The notes under the pieces are model-generated. The model had not been told where the DNA came from. It worked only from the letters and a program-made list of their open reading frames with translations, and searched no databases. A stretch of 64,000 nucleotides of DNA from NCBI GenBank assembly GCA_039916585.1, contig JBDSLC010000193.1, positions 20,111-84,110 of the forward strand, read 5' to 3'. Made by a program: the position numbers and the translations under genes. How positions within the stretch are numbered: position 1 is the stretch's first letter; the number at the start of each line of letters is the position of its first letter. Source of the DNA: Pyrinomonadaceae bacterium. GTDB lineage: Bacteria > Acidobacteriota > Blastocatellia > Pyrinomonadales > Pyrinomonadaceae. This document shows, one piece after another, positions 36,371 through 45,327 of this stretch.

Positions 36371-38008
36371 ATGCCGGAAGCCACAGAGATCTGGCAAATT
36401 GATGTAAACGGCACCGTTTACGATGCGGCATTTGGGGACTTGCCGGAATGGATCGACGGCGGGTCATTACTGCCTGCTGATAAGGTTCGTAAGGGAAATC
36501 TGCGCTGGATCGAGGCTCGACGTGTACCTTCGCTCGTACCTTTCTTCAACGCAAAGGAAAAGGGGGAGCCGCCGCCGTTCGTGGTAACTGTCACAGGTGG
36601 AACTCCTGAATCGGAACTGCCCGTCGTTATCGCTGAACCAACAATTGCGGCTTCGGAAATCATAGCTGAACCGCCGTCCTCCGCTCCGGCATTAGCGTTC
36701 GATCCAACTCGATGTTCGCTCCATGAAGAGCGCGATTCATTTTACCTATGCGATGGGTGCGCCAACGGATTCTGCAAGGAGTGTCCAACCTCATATGGTT
36801 CGAGCGTAAAGATCTGTCCGCTTTGCGGTGCAATGTGCCGACGGGCGGATGAAGCGAAGGCGATCAACAAACTTCTTCAGAAGGAATCGATGGCGATCAA
36901 TGAAGGATTTGGACTTGCCGACTTCTTTAGGGCTCTAAAGCATCCGTTTAATTTTAAGGTCAGCCTGTTCTTTGGCGCGTTGATGTTCAGCCTGCTTTCG
37001 GTTGGGCGCAGTGCGGGCGGAATGGGCGGCATATACATGGCGGCGGGAGGTATCTTTGCCGCGATGAGTGCAAATGCTCTGACCTTTGGAGTCTTATCGC
37101 ACACTCTCGACCATTTCATTCAGGGCAAGTTCGACGAGAACTTCATGCCCGATTTCGACGACTTCGAAGTGTGGGACGATGTTGTCCATCCATTTGTCCT
37201 GAGCATCGCGGCGTATCTGTCGGCTTTCGGGCCATTCTTCCTCACGCTCGCTATAGGTTTTTATTTTGTGACCAGTACGGTCTCGACTCAGATGGACGCG
37301 TTCAAGAGCGATGTCGAACGGATCCCCGGCACGCCTGTATACAACGGCCGGGAGTTAGTTGATCAATCGGGCGACGTGAAGGATGTACTGAAGGGAATTG
37401 ACCAGCGACAGCGTGAGCGTATATCCGCAGCGACGGAGACGGCGAATCGCAACGTTAGGCCTGATTCAAACGCCGAGAGTGCTGCTGTGATCGACAAGGA
37501 ATCGCGTCAACAAGAGGAACTGTGGGCCTCCGCGACTGAAGGGCAAAAGCGATCACTCGAATCGGTATTGGGTAAGACTCCCGAAACTGAGGCGAAGGAA
37601 GACGCGGAAATGATCCAAGCGGTGCTTGGGCTTGCGGCTCCGCTGGTGGTGGTCGGGTTCATTACGGTTCTGTGGGGGATATTCTACTTTCCGGCTGCCT
37701 GTGCAGTTGCGGGATACACACGAACGTTCAGTTCCACGATCAATCCACTGGTCGGGCTCGATACTATCAGGCGGCTTGGTTTTGATTACGTAAAGCTTCT
37801 TGGTATTACGGTCGTAATGCTGTTCGCTTCGATCTGCTTTAGTGTTGTGCTTTCGAAGATCTTTGCTCCACTCGCTCTTCCAGGGCTTGGAAATATTCCC
37901 GCGACGGCGATCAACGCGTTCTTTACCTTCTACCTTGTCGCCGTTTTTTCGTGCGTGCTTGGATACCTGCTTTTCAAAAGGGCCGATAAGCTGGGACTGC
38001 AGAGATAG
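36371..38008 (+). CDS. Membrane protein with an N-terminal GYF_2-like domain, a Cys-rich (B-box/zinc-ribbon-like) segment and a polytopic C-terminal half
   Basis: WQIDVNGTVYDAAFGDLPEWIDGGSLLPADKVRKGNLRWIEA is GYF_2-like. CSLHEE...CDGCANGFCKEC...CPLCGAMC supplies eight Cys/His residues. At least six hydrophobic helices follow. Confidence 0.6.
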   Translation: MPEATEIWQIDVNGTVYDAAFGDLPEWIDGGSLLPADKVRKGNLRWIEARRVPSLVPFFNAKEKGEPPPFVVTVTGGTPESELPVVIAEPTIAASEIIAEPPSSAPALAFDPTRCSLHEERDSFYLCDGCANGFCKECPTSYGSSVKICPLCGAMCRRADEAKAINKLLQKESMAINEGFGLADFFRALKHPFNFKVSLFFGALMFSLLSVGRSAGGMGGIYMAAGGIFAAMSANALTFGVLSHTLDHFIQGKFDENFMPDFDDFEVWDDVVHPFVLSIAAYLSAFGPFFLTLAIGFYFVTSTVSTQMDAFKSDVERIPGTPVYNGRELVDQSGDVKDVLKGIDQRQRERISAATETANRNVRPDSNAESAAVIDKESRQQEELWASATEGQKRSLESVLGKTPETEAKEDAEMIQAVLGLAAPLVVVGFITVLWGIFYFPAACAVAGYTRTFSSTINPLVGLDTIRRLGFDYVKLLGITVVMLFASICFSVVLSKIFAPLALPGLGNIPATAINAFFTFYLVAVFSCVLGYLLFKRADKLGLQR

Positions 38009-38034
38009 CACGTCGCCGACGAAAATTGCTTTTC

Positions 38035-38066
38035 AACGCCCGTTAACTTAGCGGGCGTTCTTTTTT
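38035..38066 (+). terminator. Rho-independent terminator
   Basis: AACGCCCG-ttaacttag-CGGGCGTT is followed by CTTTTTT. Confidence 0.75.
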
Positions 38067-38108
38067 GTATACTCTGTAGTTTGGCTCGCCTCGAGCTACT
38101 GGTTTTTT

Positions 38109-39143
38109 ATGGCTTTATTTTGGCGTAGGAACAAGGAAGATAAATTTTCATCGTCGGTTCTCGGACTCGATAAATCGATAGAAGAGCTGAAAGCTCGGGA
38201 AGAAGCGGTCGAAAAGGAACTGGGCCAGCGATTTTCGAAGGCGATCGAGAAAACACGGGATTCGATCAACAATAGGCTCGACACGATCTTTGAAGGCCGC
38301 AAGCAGATCGATGAGCAGTTATTGGACGAACTCGAGGAAATGCTGATCTCTACGGACATCGGCGTTCAGACGACGATACAGATCCTAGAGGCTATCCGCA
38401 AAGGCGTTTCAAGACAGGAGATCAGCGATATCGCCGCGCTTAAAGCGACGATGAAGCAGGAGCTGCTCGATATCCTGCAGCATTCGACGGATCGCGGTGT
38501 GGCGAGCGAAACAAAACTTGACGCGTCGATCAAGCCCTACGTGCTGATGGTCGTCGGAGTGAACGGAGTCGGGAAAACGACGACGATCGGGAAGCTGTCG
38601 CAGCGGATCAAGAACGAGGGAAACGATGTTTTGATCTGTGCAGCTGATACCTTTCGAGCGGCGGCGTCAGACCAGCTCGAGATTTGGGCCGCTCGAGCTG
38701 GAGTGCCGATCGTTCAGCAGAAGCAGGGAACCGACCCGGCGGCGGTGTTGTTTGATGCACTACAATCGGCGAAATCGAGGAATTCGGACGTGCTGATCGT
38801 AGATACGGCCGGACGTCTTCATAACAAAGCGAACCTGATGGCTGAACTTGAGAAGATGAAGCGGATCGCCGGTAGGGAAGTCGAGGGCGCTCCGCACGAG
38901 ACCCTGCTGGTACTTGACGCGGTCACCGGTCAGAACGGGCTCGAACAGGCCCGGCAGTTTACGAAAGTCGCCGACGTTACCGGTATCGTACTAACCAAGC
39001 TGGACGGCACGGCGAAGGGCGGCATTGCCGTCGCGATCTCGAAAGAACTGAACCTGCCGATACGATACGTTGGAATAGGCGAGCAGGTAGACGACCTTAT
39101 GGTGTTTGACGCGGAGAGTTACGTTAACGGCCTGTTCAATTAA
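38109..39143 (+). CDS. ftsY: Signal recognition particle receptor FtsY
   Basis: The NG domain carries [20 protein letters not shown] and [10 protein letters not shown]. Confidence 0.95.
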   Translation: MALFWRRNKEDKFSSSVLGLDKSIEELKAREEAVEKELGQRFSKAIEKTRDSINNRLDTIFEGRKQIDEQLLDELEEMLISTDIGVQTTIQILEAIRKGVSRQEISDIAALKATMKQELLDILQHSTDRGVASETKLDASIKPYVLMVVGVNGVGKTTTIGKLSQRIKNEGNDVLICAADTFRAAASDQLEIWAARAGVPIVQQKQGTDPAAVLFDALQSAKSRNSDVLIVDTAGRLHNKANLMAELEKMKRIAGREVEGAPHETLLVLDAVTGQNGLEQARQFTKVADVTGIVLTKLDGTAKGGIAVAISKELNLPIRYVGIGEQVDDLMVFDAESYVNGLFN

Positions 39144-39168
39144 TGCACAAGGCTCGACGAGAATAGAA

Positions 39169-40275
39169 TTGACCGACCCGAAACCAATCGACATTCAGCA
39201 CTCATCGCGGGCACTCGAACTCGCTCGACTCGGCGTGGGTTTGGTGTCGCCCAATCCCCTGGTCGGGTGCGTGATCGTTTCGGAGGATGGTGAGGTTGTT
39301 GGTGAAGGTACGTACATCAATGACGATGTGACGCATGCCGAGATCATTGCGTTGAAGAATGCGGGCACGAAAGCGACGGGCGGAACAGCTTATGTATCGC
39401 TTGAGCCGCACGATCATCACGGCAAAACGCCGCCGTGTACTGAAGCTCTGATAAATGCCGGTATCAAGCGAGTTGTTTGCCCGATCGAAGACCCGAATCC
39501 GCTTGTTTCTGGAAAAGGCTTTCAGCATCTTCAAGAAGCGGGAATCGAGGTCTCCGTAGGGTTGCTTGCGGAAGAGGCGACGAGGCTGAACGAAAAGTTT
39601 ATCTGCTGGCATAAGAAGGGGCGGCCGTCCGTACATCTCAAACTCGCGATGTCGCTTGACGGGCGCATATCACTCAAGAATAGCGTTTCGACGGCTCTAT
39701 CGGGTGATGCGGCGAGGAAGCGCGTGCAGGAACTTCGCCACGAGCACGACGGGATCCTTGTCGGTTCTAATACGGCGGTTACAGATAACCCCAGCCTTAC
39801 TGATCGCAGTGGACTACCGAGACGCCGTCCGCTTGTACGCATAGTCCTTGATAACCGCCTGCGGCTTCCGTCAGATTCGATTCTCGCGACGACAACCGAC
39901 GAATCTCCGACGATCGTTTTCACGAATTGTATCGATCCCGATTCGGTCGCCCGATTGACCGATATAGGCGTCGACGTTATCCGAATCGAAGGGGGAGCGC
40001 GAAACATCGCCGGTGTAATGGATGAATTGAAAAAGCATGAGATCCAGTCGGTTCTGATCGAAGGCGGTACTGAAGTTGCGGGAGCGGCGATAGAGGCCGG
40101 CGTGGTAGATAAAGTAACCTTCATCGTTTCACCGATCATCATCGGCGGCTACGATGCCCCGGTCGCTATCGGCGGAAAGGGAGCGGACACCCTTGCCGAG
40201 GCACATCGTCTAAAGAATATCGAGATCACCCGGCTTGGCGAGGATATCGAGATCACCGGGTACCCAGAGGCATGA
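39169..40275 (+). CDS. ribD: Bifunctional riboflavin biosynthesis deaminase/reductase RibD
   Basis: The deaminase motifs HAEIIAL and PCxxC-type (PPCTEAL) are followed by a reductase half (HLKLAMSLDGR...). The start is uncertain: the track ORF begins at 39106 inside ftsY, and the TTG at 39169 gives a typical RibD N-terminus. Confidence 0.85.
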   Translation: MTDPKPIDIQHSSRALELARLGVGLVSPNPLVGCVIVSEDGEVVGEGTYINDDVTHAEIIALKNAGTKATGGTAYVSLEPHDHHGKTPPCTEALINAGIKRVVCPIEDPNPLVSGKGFQHLQEAGIEVSVGLLAEEATRLNEKFICWHKKGRPSVHLKLAMSLDGRISLKNSVSTALSGDAARKRVQELRHEHDGILVGSNTAVTDNPSLTDRSGLPRRRPLVRIVLDNRLRLPSDSILATTTDESPTIVFTNCIDPDSVARLTDIGVDVIRIEGGARNIAGVMDELKKHEIQSVLIEGGTEVAGAAIEAGVVDKVTFIVSPIIIGGYDAPVAIGGKGADTLAEAHRLKNIEITRLGEDIEITGYPEA

Positions 40276-41051
40276 AGCGGTCATTTGCCAAGAGATCACT
40301 TGGCCAGAATTTCCTCGTAGATCGGAACTACATCAACAAGATAGTCGCCGCACTCGATCTCAAGGAGACTGACACCGTCATCGAGATCGGGCCCGGACGA
40401 GGGGCTATTACTGAGAATCTCGTGGAATCCGGTGCGAACGTTATAGCTGTGGAACTCGATCGCGATTTCGTCCCGATGCTGCGGGAAACGTTTTCCGCCG
40501 CCGATAATTTCTCCGTCATCGAAGCCGACGCGACTAGAGTTAATTTTGAAGACCTGATCTCCGACAGTCCGAATTCTGTAAAGCTCGTCGCGAATCTTCC
40601 GTACTACATCTCGACCCCGATCCTTCAACATCTCTCGACACAGCGGCACATATTCGAGTCGCTTGTTTTGATGTTTCAAAAAGAAGTGGTTGATCGCGTC
40701 GCCGCAAAGCCGGGCGACTCGGACCGCGGGTTTTTGACGGTACTTGTTGAAACGGCGTTTAGCGTCGAGAAGCTGTTTGACGTACCACCGAACGCATTTC
40801 GGCCGGCTCCAAAAGTCACGAGTTCGGTTGCGCGATTCGTTCCTAAACCAATAGTGGTCGATGACGAAAAGGCGTTTCGCGATCTGATCAGTATTGCATT
40901 CGGGCAAAAGCGAAAGACGATCCTGAACAACCTCAAGCCCACGCATCCCGAAGCTAAAGAGAAGTTGGAGCGATGCGGCATCGACTCTCAGCGGCGTGCC
41001 GAATCGCTCACCCTAGCCGAATGGTTATTGCTCTTCGCCGGTCTCCGTTGA
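40272..41051 (+). CDS. rsmA: 16S rRNA (adenine1518/1519-N6)-dimethyltransferase
   Basis: The motifs LGQNFL, IEIGPGRGAIT and NLPYYIS are present. The ATGA start overlaps the ribD stop. Confidence 0.93.
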   Translation: MKRSFAKRSLGQNFLVDRNYINKIVAALDLKETDTVIEIGPGRGAITENLVESGANVIAVELDRDFVPMLRETFSAADNFSVIEADATRVNFEDLISDSPNSVKLVANLPYYISTPILQHLSTQRHIFESLVLMFQKEVVDRVAAKPGDSDRGFLTVLVETAFSVEKLFDVPPNAFRPAPKVTSSVARFVPKPIVVDDEKAFRDLISIAFGQKRKTILNNLKPTHPEAKEKLERCGIDSQRRAESLTLAEWLLLFAGLR

Positions 41052-42044
41052 ATCGTCCGCGTCGGGCGGAATGCTTTCCATCGCGACAGTTTCCTTCGCC
41101 GGAAATAGAAGTGAGGCGATAATCGAGAGTCCTATCGACCCGCCGATGATGCCCAGCGACCAACTTATCGGGAATTTACCGCCAAACGCGTCGTTGAGCC
41201 ACACCATCTTCAATCCGACGAAAACAAGCACAGCCGCGAGACCGTATTGGATCAAATGAAACCTGTGGATCACGCCGGCGAGCATAAAATACATCGATCG
41301 CAGGCCAAGGATCGCGAAGATATTCGACGTGAACACGATCAGCGGTTCACGAGTGACCGCGAAGATCGCGGGAACACTGTCGACCGCGAAGATGATATCC
41401 GTGGCTTCCAAAAATAATAAGGCGATGAACAGCGGCGTCGCGTACAGAATGCCTTCCTTACGGACAAAGAAATCCTTGCCGTTTATCTCGTGGGTCACCG
41501 GCATAAATCGCTTGAAGATGCGGATCATCAGGTTCTTTTCCGGCTCGATCTCATCGTTGCTCGAGAAGACCATTTTGATTCCGGTAATGATCAGAAATGC
41601 CCCGAAAAGATAGATCACCCAGTGAAACTGCATCAGAGCAGATCCGAGGGCGATGAAGATCGCACGGAAGATCAGGGCCCCGAGAATGCCGTAGAAAAGT
41701 ACCCGGTGTTTGTATTTGGGCGGAATCCCGAAGTAGCTAAAGACGAGTACGAAAACGAATATGTTATCGACTGAGAGGGAATACTCGATCACGTAACCGG
41801 TCAGGAATTCGAGGGCGAGAGTGCCGCCGATCTCCGGGCCGAATTTCCCTGTGGCGTAGTAGTAAAAGCCGGTACAGAATGCTAATGCCAGGGCAACCCA
41901 GACGGCGCTCCAAGTCGCGGCTTCTTTGAACGAGACTACGTGAGCTTTGCGATTGAAGACGCCGAGGTCGATCGCAAGCATAAAGAAAACGAACAGTAGA
42001 AACCCGGCGTAAAACCACCAGTAATCAGCGAAAGGAAATAGCAT
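41025..42044 (-). CDS. TerC-family integral membrane protein
   Basis: The ATG at 42044 is preceded by GGGAGA. The product is multi-TM with TerC motifs (EYSLSVDNIFVF, FAVDSVPAIFAVT). Its 3' end overlaps the convergent rsmA by 27 nt. Confidence 0.88.
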   Translation of the reverse strand: MLFPFADYWWFYAGFLLFVFFMLAIDLGVFNRKAHVVSFKEAATWSAVWVALALAFCTGFYYYATGKFGPEIGGTLALEFLTGYVIEYSLSVDNIFVFVLVFSYFGIPPKYKHRVLFYGILGALIFRAIFIALGSALMQFHWVIYLFGAFLIITGIKMVFSSNDEIEPEKNLMIRIFKRFMPVTHEINGKDFFVRKEGILYATPLFIALLFLEATDIIFAVDSVPAIFAVTREPLIVFTSNIFAILGLRSMYFMLAGVIHRFHLIQYGLAAVLVFVGLKMVWLNDAFGGKFPISWSLGIIGGSIGLSIIASLLFPAKETVAMESIPPDADDSTETGEEQ

Positions 42045-42107
42045 CAAAAGTCTCCCTATTTGCGGACCGCAAAAGGAAAAACCTTTCACGATCGATTTCA
42101 AAAATCG

Positions 42108-42218
42108 TCGTAAAAGGTCTCGATACTTTCTCACCGTGCCGGAAACATTCAACGACAAGAACGTTTCGTAATGACGACAGCGGCAAACCCTTTCGGGCTA
42201 TCTACTCCCCTAAATTGT
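42108..42218 (-). promoter_or_regulatory. yybP-ykoY (Mn2+) riboswitch in the TerC 5' leader
   Basis: The minus strand reads UUAGGGGAGUAG...CUGUCGUCAUUACG...UUGUCGUUGAAUGU...AGUAUCGAGACCUUUU. This contains the conserved GGGGAGUAG, GUCGUCA and GAGACCUUU blocks in the order seen in known yybP-ykoY RNAs, upstream of a TerC gene, which is the classic context. Confidence 0.7.
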
Positions 42219-42402
42219 CAGGCTTCAATTTATAGAATTCGTCCCATATTGTCAAGATTTACGGCAGATAGTAAACATTGTTAATGAATCGAAGTCGTAC
42301 GTTTGATCACGGCGTCGGTAATGCGGAACGTTTCGCATAAGATCGTTGCGTGAAAAACGTACACAAATGTCGGCACATTTGCATTTCGACACTTCAAACC
42401 AC

Positions 42403-42418
42403 GGGCACGCGGTTTGCA
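42403..42418 (+). promoter_or_regulatory. Sigma-54 (-24/-12) promoter
   Basis: GGGCACGCGGTTTGCA equals GGCACG-N4-TTGCA with exact GG-to-GC spacing of 12. It lies ~150 nt upstream of the 42569 start, and rpoN is encoded in the same window. Confidence 0.6.
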
Positions 42419-42568
42419 TTACGGGAAGTACAGCAACCACGCTTTGCGGACGTAATTCGTCCCTGAACGGTGAACTGGATAAGCGACCTAAACCGCCCAC
42501 CAATTTGCAGTTCAAGCCGCCTGAAACGCGAGTACCTCGCGTGATCTATATTCTTTGGAGGAAGTGAA

Positions 42569-43483
42569 ATGTCTATTTTGAAGCATGTTTGTGCAGCGGT
42601 ACTTTTTGTATCTGCTGTTATGGTTTTATCCGCAGCAGCGGACGCTCAAACTTACGGCGGCCGAGGCATCGGCGTCGCTGCATCCGTTACGAACAACGGA
42701 TCGACTAGCAATTATGTGTTTGCCGACACCGGTCAATTGCCGAGCCAGGGCGGGAACATCACCATCTCGGCGCCCTCGTCGTTCATATCGGGTGTGATGT
42801 CGACCGGTGTTCTCACAGCAAGTACGTCGGGCGCATTGCGATCGAGCCAGTCGGTAACAGTCGCGAATGATGTCGATATTATTATAGGCGGAGTCCGGAT
42901 CCGGGCAAATCGGGCTACGGCTAATGCGGGCTGCATTTGTTGTCCAGGTGTAGGCGACGGAACCTGCGGAGGAAGCTCCGCGTTTAACGCGTTGACCATC
43001 ACCGATCAGGCCAGCGGTGCGACCACTAGCGTGACCGTCACTGGACAGCCGAATCAGGTAGTAAATCTCCCTAACGGTATTGGAACTCTGACGTTGAATC
43101 AGCAGATCACTGGTGCGACGGCGATCACCGTAAACGCAATGCATGTCGAGGCGACTGCCAATGGAACTGCTTATAACGTCGTCGTTGCAAGTGCATCAGC
43201 AAGCATTGAGTGCCTTACCTTGAATCCGACGGCGGCAGACGTAACCGTGTCGGGCCGTGTTCTAGATGCAGCGGGCCGCGGTTTGAGCCGGGCAACTGTA
43301 ACGCTGACCGACGGAGCCGGTAACGTTCGCACGGCCTCCACCAATACTCTGGGATACTTCTCTTTTGCAGAGGTTGAGGCGGGTGCGTCTTACATCCTAC
43401 AAGCGACGGCTCGGGGATATACCTTCTCAAGTAAGGTAATTTCCGTACAAGACGATACGACGGTTGAGATCAGGGCAAACTAG
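42569..43483 (+). CDS. Secreted protein: beta-rich N-terminal domain with a Cys cluster plus a C-terminal carboxypeptidase-regulatory-like (Ig-like) domain
   Basis: A strong RBS (GGAGGAAGTG) and the signal peptide VLFVSAVMVLSAAADA/Q are present. The Cys cluster is CICCPGVGDGTCGG. The C-terminus VSGRVLDAAGRGLSRATVTLTD..GYFSFAEVEAGASYIL is CarboxypepD_reg-like. Confidence 0.75.
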   Translation: MSILKHVCAAVLFVSAVMVLSAAADAQTYGGRGIGVAASVTNNGSTSNYVFADTGQLPSQGGNITISAPSSFISGVMSTGVLTASTSGALRSSQSVTVANDVDIIIGGVRIRANRATANAGCICCPGVGDGTCGGSSAFNALTITDQASGATTSVTVTGQPNQVVNLPNGIGTLTLNQQITGATAITVNAMHVEATANGTAYNVVVASASASIECLTLNPTAADVTVSGRVLDAAGRGLSRATVTLTDGAGNVRTASTNTLGYFSFAEVEAGASYILQATARGYTFSSKVISVQDDTTVEIRAN

Positions 43484-43509
43484 CAAACTGATACTTTTAA
43501 CTTGAAAAG

Positions 43510-43532
43510 CGGCCTCGAAAGGGGCCGTTTTT
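43510..43532 (+). terminator. Rho-independent terminator
   Basis: CGGCC-tcgaaagg-GGCCG is followed by TTTTT. Confidence 0.7.
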
Positions 43533-43627
43533 CATTTTTGCCGTGAGCGTACGAAGCAATCGCGGAATCATAGAAAATAGATAAACCCCTACTATGCTAT
43601 CCTTATATCTTTAAGCAGGAGTAGGAT

Positions 43628-45289
43628 TTGAGCAGAATAGAGATAATACCGCTGGGCGGAATCGGCGAGTTTGGGATGAACTGCATGGGCATTCGCTACG
43701 GTGATGAGATGATCATCGTCGATGCCGGCATGGGATTTCCGGAAGAGACTCCTTATGGGGTCGATATTTCAATTCCCAACTTCGAATTTCTTGAAGAATA
43801 TCGAAACGACATTACAGCTCTTGTTCTGACCCATGGCCACGAAGACCACATCGGAGCCCTCGCCTACCTTCTAAAGAAATTCAACATTCCAGTTTACGCG
43901 TCAAGATTCACGCACGCGTTGGCGGAGAAGCGCCTGCAAGAGTTTGAAATGCTTAGCGATGTGTTGCTGCATCGGGTCAAGGCCGGAGACGTGTCGAAGA
44001 TCGGCGTGTTCGAGGTCGAGTATATACATGCTTCGCATTCGCTGGTCGATTGCTTTTCGCTCGCGATCAAGACGCCGATCGGAACCGTCATCCACACCGG
44101 CGATTATAAAATCGACGATACGCCGGTGATCGGTGCTCCATACGATCTTAAAACCCTAAAAAAATACGGCGATGAAGGGGTGCTTGCATTACTTGCTGAC
44201 TCCACGAACGCCACGGTGCCCGGCAGGACCCCTTCGGAACAGGCGGTGATCCCCGCCTTCCGCGAGATCTTTGAAGAAACACCTGGACGACTTTTCGTCG
44301 CGACTTTTTCTTCGTCGATCCACAGGCTTCAGATCATTTTTGACCTCGCCCACGAATACGGGAGAAAGGTCTGTGTGTTGGGGCGTTCGATGATGAAAAA
44401 TGTCGAGATCGCAACCGAGCAGGGATTGATAAAGATCGGGCACGGCACGCAGATCGAGCTTGGCGAGGCGCGGAAATATGATGACGACGCGATCTGTTAC
44501 CTTGTAACCGGTTCACAGGGCGAGATGCGTGCGGCGTTGTGGAGCATGGCGACGGGGACATATAAGGGAATGGAGATCGACAAGGGCGACACAGTCGTTT
44601 TGTCGGCACGCATCATTCCCGGCAACGAAAAGAGTATCTCGCGGCTGATAGGTCATCTCTATAAACGCGGCGCGAATATTATCGAAGAAAAGCGTCGGCT
44701 CGTCCACGTTTCCGGCCATGCGTCGCAGGAAGATATCCGTATTATGGTCGAGACCGCCCGGCCCAAGTATCTCGTTCCGATCCACGGCGAATATCGGATG
44801 CTGTTTCGGCACAAGGAATTTGTTAAGAACCACGTCTCCGGATACACGGACGACAACATCGTGCTGATCGAGAATGGAGATCTGCTGGAGATCGACGAAT
44901 TCGGCGCCCGGGTCGTCGAGAAACACGAACTGCATAGGACGTTCATCGACGAAGAATCGATGGGCGAGATCGAATATGACATCGTTCGCGAACGAAAGAA
45001 GCTCGCCTACGGCGGCGCGATCTCATTGGTTGTGACGGTAGACAAAGGCACCCAGCGGATGGTTGGCGATCCGCAGATCACGTTGAACGGCGTCGCTGGC
45101 GTTGACCTGACAAACGGATTTACTTCCCACGCTCTCGAAGCGGTTTCCACGGCTGTCAACGCAATGAAGCGTGACCAGATCGCGGATCGGAACGTCTTCA
45201 AAGAAAATCTCCGAATCCACCTCAAACGCTACGTCCAAAAGGAACTTGGTACGAAGCCTGTCATCGTTACGACGATCGTCGAAGTATAA
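43628..45289 (+). CDS. rnj: Ribonuclease J
   Basis: The TTG start follows AGGAGTAGGA. Metallo-beta-lactamase/beta-CASP motifs (LTHGHEDHIGAL, HTGDYK, HVSGHASQED) are present in a 553-aa product. Confidence 0.93.
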   Translation: MSRIEIIPLGGIGEFGMNCMGIRYGDEMIIVDAGMGFPEETPYGVDISIPNFEFLEEYRNDITALVLTHGHEDHIGALAYLLKKFNIPVYASRFTHALAEKRLQEFEMLSDVLLHRVKAGDVSKIGVFEVEYIHASHSLVDCFSLAIKTPIGTVIHTGDYKIDDTPVIGAPYDLKTLKKYGDEGVLALLADSTNATVPGRTPSEQAVIPAFREIFEETPGRLFVATFSSSIHRLQIIFDLAHEYGRKVCVLGRSMMKNVEIATEQGLIKIGHGTQIELGEARKYDDDAICYLVTGSQGEMRAALWSMATGTYKGMEIDKGDTVVLSARIIPGNEKSISRLIGHLYKRGANIIEEKRRLVHVSGHASQEDIRIMVETARPKYLVPIHGEYRMLFRHKEFVKNHVSGYTDDNIVLIENGDLLEIDEFGARVVEKHELHRTFIDEESMGEIEYDIVRERKKLAYGGAISLVVTVDKGTQRMVGDPQITLNGVAGVDLTNGFTSHALEAVSTAVNAMKRDQIADRNVFKENLRIHLKRYVQKELGTKPVIVTTIVEV

Positions 45290-45314
45290 AGCCGCCGGAA
45301 AATCCGGCGGCTTT
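45289..45314. terminator. Bidirectional terminator hairpin between rnj and the convergent 45328 gene
   Basis: AGCCGCCGG-aaaa-TCCGGCGGCT is flanked by A/T runs on both sides. Confidence 0.65.
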
Positions 45315-45327
45315 CACTTTGACCGGA

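Noticed and set aside
39106-39168. The ribD start at 39106 as given in the ORF track, which overlaps ftsY by 38 nt.
   Set aside because: The N-terminal 21 residues have no counterpart in typical RibD proteins, and the TTG at 39169 gives the usual short N-terminus before the deaminase helix. This remains uncertain without comparative data.
42252-42567. Track ORFs 42252-42515 (-) and 42346-42567 (+) between the TerC gene and the secreted-protein gene.
   Set aside because: The region is better explained by the TerC promoter and riboswitch leader, and by the sigma-54 promoter plus 5' UTR of gene 42569. The translations show no protein-like features.
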